Shown in pieces: positions 34,423-41,697 of a stretch of DNA of 41,697 nucleotides. Numbering within the stretch: position 1 is the first letter of the stretch; each line of letters starts with the position of its first letter. The stretch is from IMG/VR virus record IMGVR_UViG_3300020171_000733, positions 1 to 41,697 of that record; one strand, given 5' to 3'. The position numbers were made by a program, and so were the translations under genes. Source of the DNA: a virus. Its lineage: Duplodnaviria > Caudoviricetes. The notes below the pieces were generated by a model. That model was given only the letters and a program-made list of their open reading frames with translations, searched no databases and was not told where the DNA came from.

Positions 34423-34629
34423 TCAATGTTTTGAAAATGATCGTGATATTTGTCCCTTGTGTTTGTTTTTCATTGTACATTCTCTGCATCTTTTGCTTGG
34501 CTTGTATTTAATATTGCCACATCTGCATAAATCATATCTCCAAGGTTCATTGAGTTTGGTTCTTTTCTGCCTTTGCAGTTTTTCCCTTTTTAACATCATT
34601 GATATGTTCATATTTAGTATGCTGTCCAC
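34423..34629 (-). CDS. Small Zn-finger protein
   Basis: CRCG..CREC; true start may be further downstream. Confidence 0.5.
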   Translation of the reverse strand: MDSILNMNISMMLKREKLQRQKRTKLNEPWRYDLCRCGNIKYKPSKRCRECTMKNKHKGQISRSFSKH

Positions 34630-34688
34630 ATGATGAATAAAGCATTAAACATTGATTTGGTTTATGTTGATATATTCCCTTAGGCATT

Positions 34689-34985
34689 TTATTTTACCGC
34701 CGAATTCTCTTTCTCTTTTACTCCTTCTCTGATTTGGGTATTGAGTGTTTTGATGCTTTGTTCATTTTCTTTTAATTCTCTGTCTAATTCGCCTATGCCT
34801 TTTTGAAGCTCTTCTATTTTCATCTCTATAATTATCTTTGAATTTGCTAGATCTAATTTAAGCCTTTGCATGTCCAGGTCAGTCTTGGCCAGAAAGAAAG
34901 TGAGTCTTTCATTTCTCTTAGTCAATCTGTCTATACTTATTCGGCTGAATCTTTTCTCTTCATCAGTCAATTTTCTTTTAATCAC
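34689..34985 (-). CDS. Coiled-coil hypothetical protein
   Basis: ORF track. Confidence 0.65.
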   Translation of the reverse strand: MIKRKLTDEEKRFSRISIDRLTKRNERLTFFLAKTDLDMQRLKLDLANSKIIIEMKIEELQKGIGELDRELKENEQSIKTLNTQIREGVKEKENSAVK

Positions 34986-35523
34986 ATGATCCCCCAGTTA
35001 ATATCAATGCAAGTGATAAAATAAATGTTATCAACCCTATCCAAAATGCAAAGAATTTCATAAAGAAATGGTACTTAATCCACCATGCTCCTTCTGCGAT
35101 CCAATCACTCCTGTAACCTTCTCCAATGATATAATTCCTTAAATTGTCCATCTTCTGAGTATAAACATCTTGCATGGTCTCAGCTTGGGTATTGTTTGCA
35201 TATACTTTCTCTTTCCAATCTTGGACTGCTTTGGCTCTTTCAAGTATTGCATCTAGATGTTGATATTGGAATTCCATCTTGTTGTTTGGTTTCTTGAATA
35301 TCCATGCGCTGTAATCATCTTTTGTAAGTCCAGAATTATTTATCGCAAGATATCCCTCATTCAGTTGGGTTAGTATGCATTCGGGGGTTATGCAATCTAC
35401 TGCATTGTCAAAGTATGCTCCAATCTGACTTTCATATTGATAATTCACATAAACACTATATCCAATTATTCCAACTGGCACAATCATTAGCATCATTCCC
35501 AATAATATCAATAATATCTTCAT
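34978..35523 (-). CDS. Membrane protein (N- and C-terminal TM)
   Basis: Two hydrophobic segments flanking a soluble domain. Confidence 0.75.
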   Translation of the reverse strand: MKILLILLGMMLMIVPVGIIGYSVYVNYQYESQIGAYFDNAVDCITPECILTQLNEGYLAINNSGLTKDDYSAWIFKKPNNKMEFQYQHLDAILERAKAVQDWKEKVYANNTQAETMQDVYTQKMDNLRNYIIGEGYRSDWIAEGAWWIKYHFFMKFFAFWIGLITFILSLALILTGGSCD

Positions 35524-35702
35524 TTTAATTCCTCATAATCCCCCCTATCTTTCATGTATTTAATTATAACATCATTTACTAAAGCATTCCTGTCGAAGCC
35601 TGGGCTGTCTATTCTCATCTTGTCCATCCAATCTAAGATAAATCTAGGCAGAGAGAAAGTCGTGCTAAATTTCTTCAATAATGGATTTTTTACTATCTTC
35701 AT
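35520..35702 (-). CDS. Ribbon-helix-helix DNA-binding protein
   Basis: TTFSLP..LDWMD..DRNALVNDVI. Confidence 0.65.
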   Translation of the reverse strand: MKIVKNPLLKKFSTTFSLPRFILDWMDKMRIDSPGFDRNALVNDVIIKYMKDRGDYEELK

Positions 35703-35724
35703 TGTTAATTGTTTAATTAGTTAG

Positions 35725-35755
35725 TATTTAAAGGTTGGTTGAATCTGTATATACT
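35725..35755 (-). promoter_or_regulatory. Late promoter motif (N12 spacer)
   Basis: TATA 23 nt from ATG. Confidence 0.75.
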
Positions 35756-35759
35756 TTAT

Positions 35760-36218
35760 TTATTTAAGATATCCCAATTGTCGATGATATTCTTCATGTT
35801 CACTATGATTTGCAAATAGCATGAGATTATCAGGAGCATTATGATTACGAATTGTATCAATGTGGTGAACTTCCTCCTCTTTTGTCAGGAAACGTTTTAA
35901 TTGCATTTCCATAATTAATCTATGTTCAGCAACATATCCCCTCTTATCCGCATTTGGATGACCAATCGCTTTTATTCGGACATACATTTTCTTATTAGTA
36001 TATCTCCCACCTTTCCAATTATGGTTTTTATCTAATCTCTGTGCATCACCTATTTTCTTTTTAGTTTCCTCACTTTGATGTCTGCCTCGAATAGCATTGC
36101 CTATCTTTCGCTTTGTTTCATCGCTTAATTTCTTTCCTGTGATTGCTATCCTTTGCTTTTCTCTATGTTCTGCACTTCTTGGTTTCTTCTGTTTCCAATG
36201 AGTTCCAAAGTTTACCAT
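35760..36218 (-). CDS. NUMOD3-HNH endonuclease
   Basis: SDETKRKI/SEETKKKI repeats; YVAEHRL..VHHID..NLMLF. Confidence 0.92.
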   Translation of the reverse strand: MVNFGTHWKQKKPRSAEHREKQRIAITGKKLSDETKRKIGNAIRGRHQSEETKKKIGDAQRLDKNHNWKGGRYTNKKMYVRIKAIGHPNADKRGYVAEHRLIMEMQLKRFLTKEEEVHHIDTIRNHNAPDNLMLFANHSEHEEYHRQLGYLK

Positions 36219-36499
36219 ATTCCATTCCTCTTGAAATATATCCTCTCTATCACAAAAATAATCGTCATAAGAACTATCAGATTTACATAAAGACTAGCAG
36301 TTAATTGGCCATTGTTTAAGATTATTCCCCATATCAAAAAGAACAATTGCATTATAATCATTCCTAACCATAGCCCATTCCAATAAGAAAGTTTAATTAT
36401 TTTATTATTTATATTTTCCAATAGTGTACGAGATTTACATAAAAGTTCTATGGTCTTCTTTGCCTTGACAAGTTCATCTTGATATTCTTTTTCTTTCAT
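36212..36499 (-). CDS. Membrane protein (2 TM)
   Basis: Hydrophobic segments. Confidence 0.65.
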   Translation of the reverse strand: MKEKEYQDELVKAKKTIELLCKSRTLLENINNKIIKLSYWNGLWLGMIIMQLFFLIWGIILNNGQLTASLYVNLIVLMTIIFVIERIYFKRNGIW

Positions 36500-36665
36500 T
36501 TGAACACTCCATCTTGACAGGATTCGCAAAGGCCTGAGATCTTAAACTCTTCTTTGCTTAATTCATCTCTGAATTCGGTTATCCTCTTTCCACATAAAGG
36601 GCAATTTCCTTCATCAAATTCATCCATTTCTTTTTCAAATCCCATTTTTCTCATTAAATCTTTAT

Positions 36666-36926
36666 TCATCTTCCATCTCCTAATTCCTGAAGTGTCATGA
36701 TTTTAATAGGATAATTCTTCTCTATGTTTCCACGATTCTTCAAAAGCAATGGACAATCTGTGACAAAGATATCCTGTTTCGGATCTGTTGTTAAAGAGCA
36801 AAAGAAATTAAACAAACTTAATAAATCCCCTTTTTTCAATAGGCAAAAATTCCGTTTGCTGTCTCTGACTATTTCTTTCAGATTCTTTCTGTTGAAATCA
36901 GTTATTTCCTTTGTTGTAATCTTCAT
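36666..36926 (-). CDS. Hypothetical protein
   Basis: ORF with AGGAG SD. Confidence 0.55.
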   Translation of the reverse strand: MKITTKEITDFNRKNLKEIVRDSKRNFCLLKKGDLLSLFNFFCSLTTDPKQDIFVTDCPLLLKNRGNIEKNYPIKIMTLQELGDGR

Positions 36927-37056
36927 TTTTTCTCCTTAAATCTTCGGATTCTTTCGATTATTACCTTATCATTGCAAAAGTCACAGCATTGTCCTTTAGC
37001 TAAAGGTTCAGCATTATGACCGTATCTTCCGGCTTCCTTTTTGCAGATACAACATT

Positions 37057-37407
37057 TCATTTCCAGCTTGCCTCTATGGTTTTTATCCCATTGTATTCAT
37101 CAATTAATCTGAGTAATTCCTTGGCTTCTTCTATTGACCAGGTGTAATCTTCCATTGTGGCTTCTATCTTGAATCCATGCCCCCATTCCAGGCATTTATC
37201 CCTAAAAAGAATTATCCTCTTTTTCAATTCCTTGGGCATTTTATCTGGCATCTCCAATTCATACAGATGATCTGAACTTCCATTAAACCACAAACTCGGC
37301 TTTAATCCAAATTCAAATTCTCCCCTACTTTTCCACATCTCAGCATGAGCTAAAAACATACCCAGACAATAGGTTAAACCTTTCCCAAATTCACTTTCAG
37401 TTTTCAT
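37057..37407 (-). CDS. Hypothetical protein
   Basis: ORF track; SEFGKG..WFNGSSDHLY. Confidence 0.7.
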   Translation of the reverse strand: MKTESEFGKGLTYCLGMFLAHAEMWKSRGEFEFGLKPSLWFNGSSDHLYELEMPDKMPKELKKRIILFRDKCLEWGHGFKIEATMEDYTWSIEEAKELLRLIDEYNGIKTIEASWK

Positions 37408-37536
37408 TTCATATCCACCTTTTTGATCTTGACATTGTGCTTTAACATTGTTAGGAGAGATTCAAGATCGTCCACATGAAAAAGGGTTGTCCATTCCCCT
37501 CTAATCTTTCTTTCTATGATCAGTAAAGGAACTTCA

Positions 37537-38031
37537 TCAACCTGCCAGTATCTTTTTCTTATTTTCATTTTTCAATTTTTGAACTTTCTTTCTCCTTTTG
37601 AGCTTTAATGAATTTTCAAGGTTTTCATACCTTCTTTCCATAGTAGTTATAGTCCTTTCAGTCCTTTGGAGGCATGCTTCTGTATCCTCTGGATTTTTCA
37701 AGCTACTCTGGATATACCCACTTTTCTTTTTCACTGGGACAAGTCTTATCGGGAATTCTCTCCAGAAATTTAAGTCAGAAATACATAATCTTACAGTTCC
37801 TTCAGATAATTCCAAATTATTCGCAATATTTTTATATGATTCCTCTTGAAGAAATATCTTATAAACATAATCAGCTACTCTTCTTAAGTCTGAATTTAGC
37901 ATTATGAATTTCTTCTTTATTATCTCATCTTTCAAGGAAGCATAAGTTATACTCCTATTGACCTTCTCATCAATTTCAATAGACTTTTCAGGAGTAATGT
38001 TTGAAATGAATGGTATTCTAAATCCTTTCAT
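37537..38031 (-). CDS. HTH-domain protein
   Basis: SYKNIANNLELSEGTVR. Confidence 0.65.
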   Translation of the reverse strand: MKGFRIPFISNITPEKSIEIDEKVNRSITYASLKDEIIKKKFIMLNSDLRRVADYVYKIFLQEESYKNIANNLELSEGTVRLCISDLNFWREFPIRLVPVKKKSGYIQSSLKNPEDTEACLQRTERTITTMERRYENLENSLKLKRRKKVQKLKNENKKKILAG

Positions 38032-39071
38032 ATTCTCTCCTTTATCTTCTCAGACAATTGAGTGGCCCTTTCCAATATCTCCATAAGCCTATCTAATTGA
38101 TCATCCAATGTACCTTTTTGAGACTCATCCATTGTAGGGATCAGATGTATGCAAACCACAAGAAGCTTTAATGTCTTTTCCAGATTCTTGTAATCATCTG
38201 TAACAGAACTCCTGAATTCCCTAATCCATTGCTTTGTTTTGACAAGATTCTTCTCAAATTCCCTTTTGTTCTTCATTGAATCAAGAACTTTTACATGGGT
38301 CTCTACATGATCATCTATGAACTTAAGGTTCTTATGCTCCTTGATTGCCTTATCCCTCAGATCCTTGTCCTTGAACTTGGATATTTTCTCTGCATGTTCT
38401 GGAGAAATATCATTAGAAAATAATGCTTTTTTAACTTCTGCCGAGGCGTTGTTTATCACCTTGACAATCGTGTTTACTTCTTCTTGATTTTTATGTTTGG
38501 CTATCTTTAAAACTTCTTTTTTATCTTTTTCATCTTTTATCGACGATATTCTCACGAGGCTTGTTCTTGGGATATCCTTCACTTCACTGGGTTCAAATCC
38601 CAGTAGTTTTAAATCATCTCCGACAGTATCCCTATGCATATTTACTATCTTGGCTAATTGTTCGATATTTATATCTCCTTTTTTACTTGTATTAAATCCT
38701 CCACCATCTTTTATATGATATAATTTATGAATATCGGCGATTTTCTTTAAAAATTTAGCTCTTTCGATGGGTTCTAAATCTTCTCTATGAACATTCTCAA
38801 TCAAACTCTCAACCATCCATTCTCCCTCTTCCTTATATTGTTTTACTATTGCCTGGATATTTTTTATCTTTGCAATTTTATGGGCTTTCCATCTTCGTTC
38901 ACCAGCAACAAGTTCATATCCACTTTTTACTTCTCTAACGGTAATTGGATTGATTTGACCATTAGAAAGAATAGATTCAGCCAGTTCTTGCAATTTCTCC
39001 TTGTCGAAATTCTCTCTAGATTGCTGAGAATTGGGCTTTATCTTGTCTATCGGAATTTCCCTTATTTCCAT
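38028..39071 (-). CDS. ParB/Spo0J-like protein
   Basis: ELAESI..NPITVR..LVAGERRWKA..ENVHREDL; HTH. Confidence 0.92.
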   Translation of the reverse strand: MEIREIPIDKIKPNSQQSRENFDKEKLQELAESILSNGQINPITVREVKSGYELVAGERRWKAHKIAKIKNIQAIVKQYKEEGEWMVESLIENVHREDLEPIERAKFLKKIADIHKLYHIKDGGGFNTSKKGDINIEQLAKIVNMHRDTVGDDLKLLGFEPSEVKDIPRTSLVRISSIKDEKDKKEVLKIAKHKNQEEVNTIVKVINNASAEVKKALFSNDISPEHAEKISKFKDKDLRDKAIKEHKNLKFIDDHVETHVKVLDSMKNKREFEKNLVKTKQWIREFRSSVTDDYKNLEKTLKLLVVCIHLIPTMDESQKGTLDDQLDRLMEILERATQLSEKIKERI

Positions 39072-39092
39072 AAATCCCTTACATTGTTTAAT

Positions 39093-39106
39093 TATTTAAA
39101 TGTTTC
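39093..39106 (-). promoter_or_regulatory. BRE-TATA promoter (leaderless ParB-like gene)
   Basis: GAAACATTTAAATA, 22 nt from ATG. Confidence 0.7.
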
Positions 39107-39142
39107 TATTTGGGTTATTTAGGTATTACTACCAATCAGTGA

Positions 39143-39295
39143 CTAATTATTGTCATATTCATAGGATACCCTGATCTCACAAGTTTCTAAGCAGTTTGGG
39201 CAATATGGCCATTTCCGTTCGGTTGAGTCTAAAATTAAAGCATTATTAGCGAATATCTCTTGATTGCATTTCTTGCATCTTAATCGAGTTATCAT
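39143..39295 (-). CDS. Small Zn-ribbon protein (50 aa)
   Basis: Translated by hand; CKKC..CPNC; ATGA coupling. Confidence 0.6.
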   Translation of the reverse strand: MITRLRCKKCNQEIFANNALILDSTERKWPYCPNCLETCEIRVSYEYDNN

Positions 39296-40335
39296 TTTAG
39301 AATATCTTTAATCAATTTGACAGTCTTATCCCAAGTGTTGTTTTGCGCAGTCTCAATTGCGTTTAAACCCTTCTTTTTTAATAGTTCTGGATCAGAATGC
39401 GCGGTTCTCATAACTTGTCTTAATTGCTTAATATCTGGAGTAGCCCAATTAGTATTTTCATAAAACACTTCGTTTTTGATTTCTTCCATCTTATAATCAA
39501 TTAGCCAACCATTCTCATTGTTTAAGAAATCCATATATCCTGACCATCCGGTCGCTATTACGGGCAATCCACAGGCCATTGCTTCTATTACCTGTAGACC
39601 ATAAGATTCTGCCCGACTAGGTGAGACTAAAACATGCCCTTGATAAATCTCTCTTAATTTATTGTGAGGATACATATTGAAATCCAGGTAAATTTCAGGG
39701 GAGTCTGGTTTGACTATTTTAGTCAGATACTCGGTTATATAATTTCCATAAGCTTGATTGATGTGGATTCTTAAGATTGCTTCTCCTTTCTTGAATTCGC
39801 TTAGATAAGCTTCTAGAGCATATTGCAGCCCTTTTCTGTCCCATTTGTTTCTGAATCCTCCTGTAAACACAAATGTAAAAACCTCTGGTTTCTTAGTTGG
39901 GAAAAAATGTTCTAATGAAACCCCATGAGGGATTACTACTAATTTACTACTAATTACTATTGATTTAGTAGTATTTAGTATTGCTTGTTTTGTATGTTCA
40001 CTTGGGACAAAAACATATTTGATTCTTGGATCTTCCAGATTCTTTATGAAAGACTTAGGGATTCTATCCCCTTCCCAAACACAGAATCCTATGTTATTTT
40101 CTCCGGAAATATGCATGGGCCAGTTGAATGGGAGATCAATGATTAAATTCCACTCCCCATTTTCTGGCTTTCGATTAATCATTTCTACTTCTGCATCATT
40201 TAATTCCCTTTCGAATCCTTGAGGGATAAATGTTGTCAACCTGGTTGGCATTATCTTAAACAATGCATTGGCTAATGAACGGGTGTGACTTGCATAGCCC
40301 GACGTAGAGGCAATTTGCCCACAAATATTTATCAT
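39292..40335 (-). CDS. Glycosyltransferase family 4 (GT-B)
   Basis: SGYASHTR, VPSEH, IPHGV, RKG, SRAESYGLQVIEAMACG. Confidence 0.93.
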   Translation of the reverse strand: MINICGQIASTSGYASHTRSLANALFKIMPTRLTTFIPQGFERELNDAEVEMINRKPENGEWNLIIDLPFNWPMHISGENNIGFCVWEGDRIPKSFIKNLEDPRIKYVFVPSEHTKQAILNTTKSIVISSKLVVIPHGVSLEHFFPTKKPEVFTFVFTGGFRNKWDRKGLQYALEAYLSEFKKGEAILRIHINQAYGNYITEYLTKIVKPDSPEIYLDFNMYPHNKLREIYQGHVLVSPSRAESYGLQVIEAMACGLPVIATGWSGYMDFLNNENGWLIDYKMEEIKNEVFYENTNWATPDIKQLRQVMRTAHSDPELLKKKGLNAIETAQNNTWDKTVKLIKDILK

Positions 40336-41219
40336 TTGAATATCAAGTTAGTGCTTATTGCTAACTCCTCCTCTGTTGGTTCTAATAAGTTTAACCCCAG
40401 TTTATTATGATATTTATCGATAAAATTTCCATTCTGTTCAACCAGTTTTATTGTATCTTCTTTAAGTACTTCTTCATTGAATTTTACTAGTTCGTTTGAA
40501 TCTGGGAATCTTTCTCCACCAGACATGCACCCTAAATGCCAAGCGATTGCATTCATGTGATTTCCTATTTTGAATCCATTTACTATGGCATTGAAACTGA
40601 ATAATTGTTCTTCTCTGAACCCATGCTTGCTCAATCGAGTGGGGGCATACCTTACCTTGTCAAATACTTCCCTTTTGATCAGGGCAGAGCTTCTGAAATG
40701 ATCACTTGGTATTATTTTGTTATCAGTGTATAGCATTCCATAATCATCAGAATTCATTATGAAATTTCCTTTGTTGTCTAAAACTACCCTTGCTCCGATC
40801 TTCATCTTTTCTGGATCTCTAACAAATTGAGGGGCACAACCAGGGGTTACTCCGCTCATTATGTCAAATTCTTTCATGCCTTCAATCAATTTTTCAATAA
40901 AATCTGGCTCACAGATTACATCATCATCTATTCTTAGATAATAATCCCATGGATCTTTTAATGCTTCGTCTAATATCCTTTGTCTGGCCAGACTGACCCC
41001 ATGGGGGAATTCTGTCCTTAGAAATTTGATATTATGATTATCCATTTTAATAATATTGGATATGCAATTGAAGAAATGATAATTTTGTAAAGCAGTGCCT
41101 CCTTGATCATCTAGTATGTACAAATCCCAATCTTTATGTGTTTGATTCTTAAGACTTACCATAAGTAATGATAGTTCTGTTGGTCGATCTCGTGTGTTTA
41201 CGCAAATTGCAACTTTCAT
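40332..41219 (-). CDS. Glycosyltransferase family 2 (GT-A)
   Basis: TRDRP..ILDD..RIDDD..REE. Confidence 0.9.
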   Translation of the reverse strand: MKVAICVNTRDRPTELSLLMVSLKNQTHKDWDLYILDDQGGTALQNYHFFNCISNIIKMDNHNIKFLRTEFPHGVSLARQRILDEALKDPWDYYLRIDDDVICEPDFIEKLIEGMKEFDIMSGVTPGCAPQFVRDPEKMKIGARVVLDNKGNFIMNSDDYGMLYTDNKIIPSDHFRSSALIKREVFDKVRYAPTRLSKHGFREEQLFSFNAIVNGFKIGNHMNAIAWHLGCMSGGERFPDSNELVKFNEEVLKEDTIKLVEQNGNFIDKYHNKLGLNLLEPTEEELAISTNLIFK

Positions 41220-41410
41220 TTTTTCTTCCTGCACATGTAATAATCCTTCCCGTTTCTGTATATTGTTCCGCCCAAATATCGGCAGAACCTATGCTCCTCT
41301 GGATCATGATGGATATAATAGCATACTTTCTCTTTGTCTATATTTATTGAAATATCCTTCTTACCACTTACACAATCATCTATTGTTTTCTGGAATTTAC
41401 TTTTTGTCAT
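41216..41410 (-). CDS. Small 4-Cys protein (CRYLG..YYMC)
   Basis: Motif shared with 12074..12229. Confidence 0.65.
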   Translation of the reverse strand: MTKSKFQKTIDDCVSGKKDISINIDKEKVCYYIHHDPEEHRFCRYLGGTIYRNGKDYYMCRKKK

Positions 41411-41534
41411 TTTTAACACACCTATCCTCCTTACACACATATCTGATTATCACCTTTCCAGTCTCATGGTCATAGCATGAAACTGCTTCTCCATTACATT
41501 CACATTCCTCTTTACATAATGTTATGAATTTCAT
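41397..41534 (-). CDS. Small Cys-rich protein (45 aa)
   Basis: Translated by hand; ATGA-coupled to the gene at 7..180 through the terminal repeat. Confidence 0.5.
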   Translation of the reverse strand: MKFITLCKEECECNGEAVSCYDHETGKVIIRYVCKEDRCVKNDKK

Positions 41535-41697
41535 CTTAAATTCCTTATGGCATTTAAACTCATGCATTTTTCATTCAGCTTTTTGATCGCATCGTTTATT
41601 TCATCCTTAATTATATGTTTCATCAAATGCTTAAATGCAAAATATGCTATGCATATCACAGCCAGAGGATATGTCACGCTGATTATTGTATCTATTA
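41525..41697. repeat. Terminal direct repeat, copy 2
   Basis: Matches 1-173. Confidence 0.97.

Noticed and set aside
23-41475. All plus-strand ORFs in the track
   Set aside because: They are antisense shadows of well-supported minus-strand genes, with no motifs or SDs.
1-41697. Stop-codon reassignment
   Set aside because: Core genes are intact in code 11; TAA, TAG and TGA all end genes; no suppressor tRNA.

Overview
The window is an apparently complete ~41.5-kb circularly permuted genome of a head-tailed (Caudoviricetes, siphovirus-like) virus. Bases 1-173 repeat at 41525-41697, and reading frames run across the junction. Every credible gene is on the minus strand. Archaeal-type BRE/TATA promoters (TTTAAATA 22-23 nt before leaderless ATGs) point to an archaeal host; a DPANN host is inference only. 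Modules in transcription order: packaging (TerS, NUMOD4-HNH, ParB-DNA methylase, TerL); a four-tRNA operon; head (portal-MuF fusion, protease/scaffold, decoration protein, HK97 MCP); neck and tail; a papain-like amidase with a holin-like gene; a probable origin with iterons and a promoter-driven structured RNA; many small Zn-finger and HNH genes; and a ~8.5-kb glycosylation cluster spanning the junction (5 glycosyltransferase domains, 3 methyltransferase domains, 1 radical SAM). No polymerase, primase, helicase or integrase is recognisable. The most striking observation is a leaderless 10-codon peptide, MTTQQPITTQ, heading the tRNA operon. It uses only the four amino acids of the four downstream tRNAs (Pro, Gln, Ile, Thr) and can base-pair with the first tRNA, suggesting a tRNA-depletion-sensing switch. 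Also notable: surface virion proteins dense in Ser-Gly/Gly-Ser motifs (candidate glycosylation sequons), a five-copy late-promoter motif, and probable ATC/ATT/ATA start codons. All annotations come from reading motifs by eye, without database searches.
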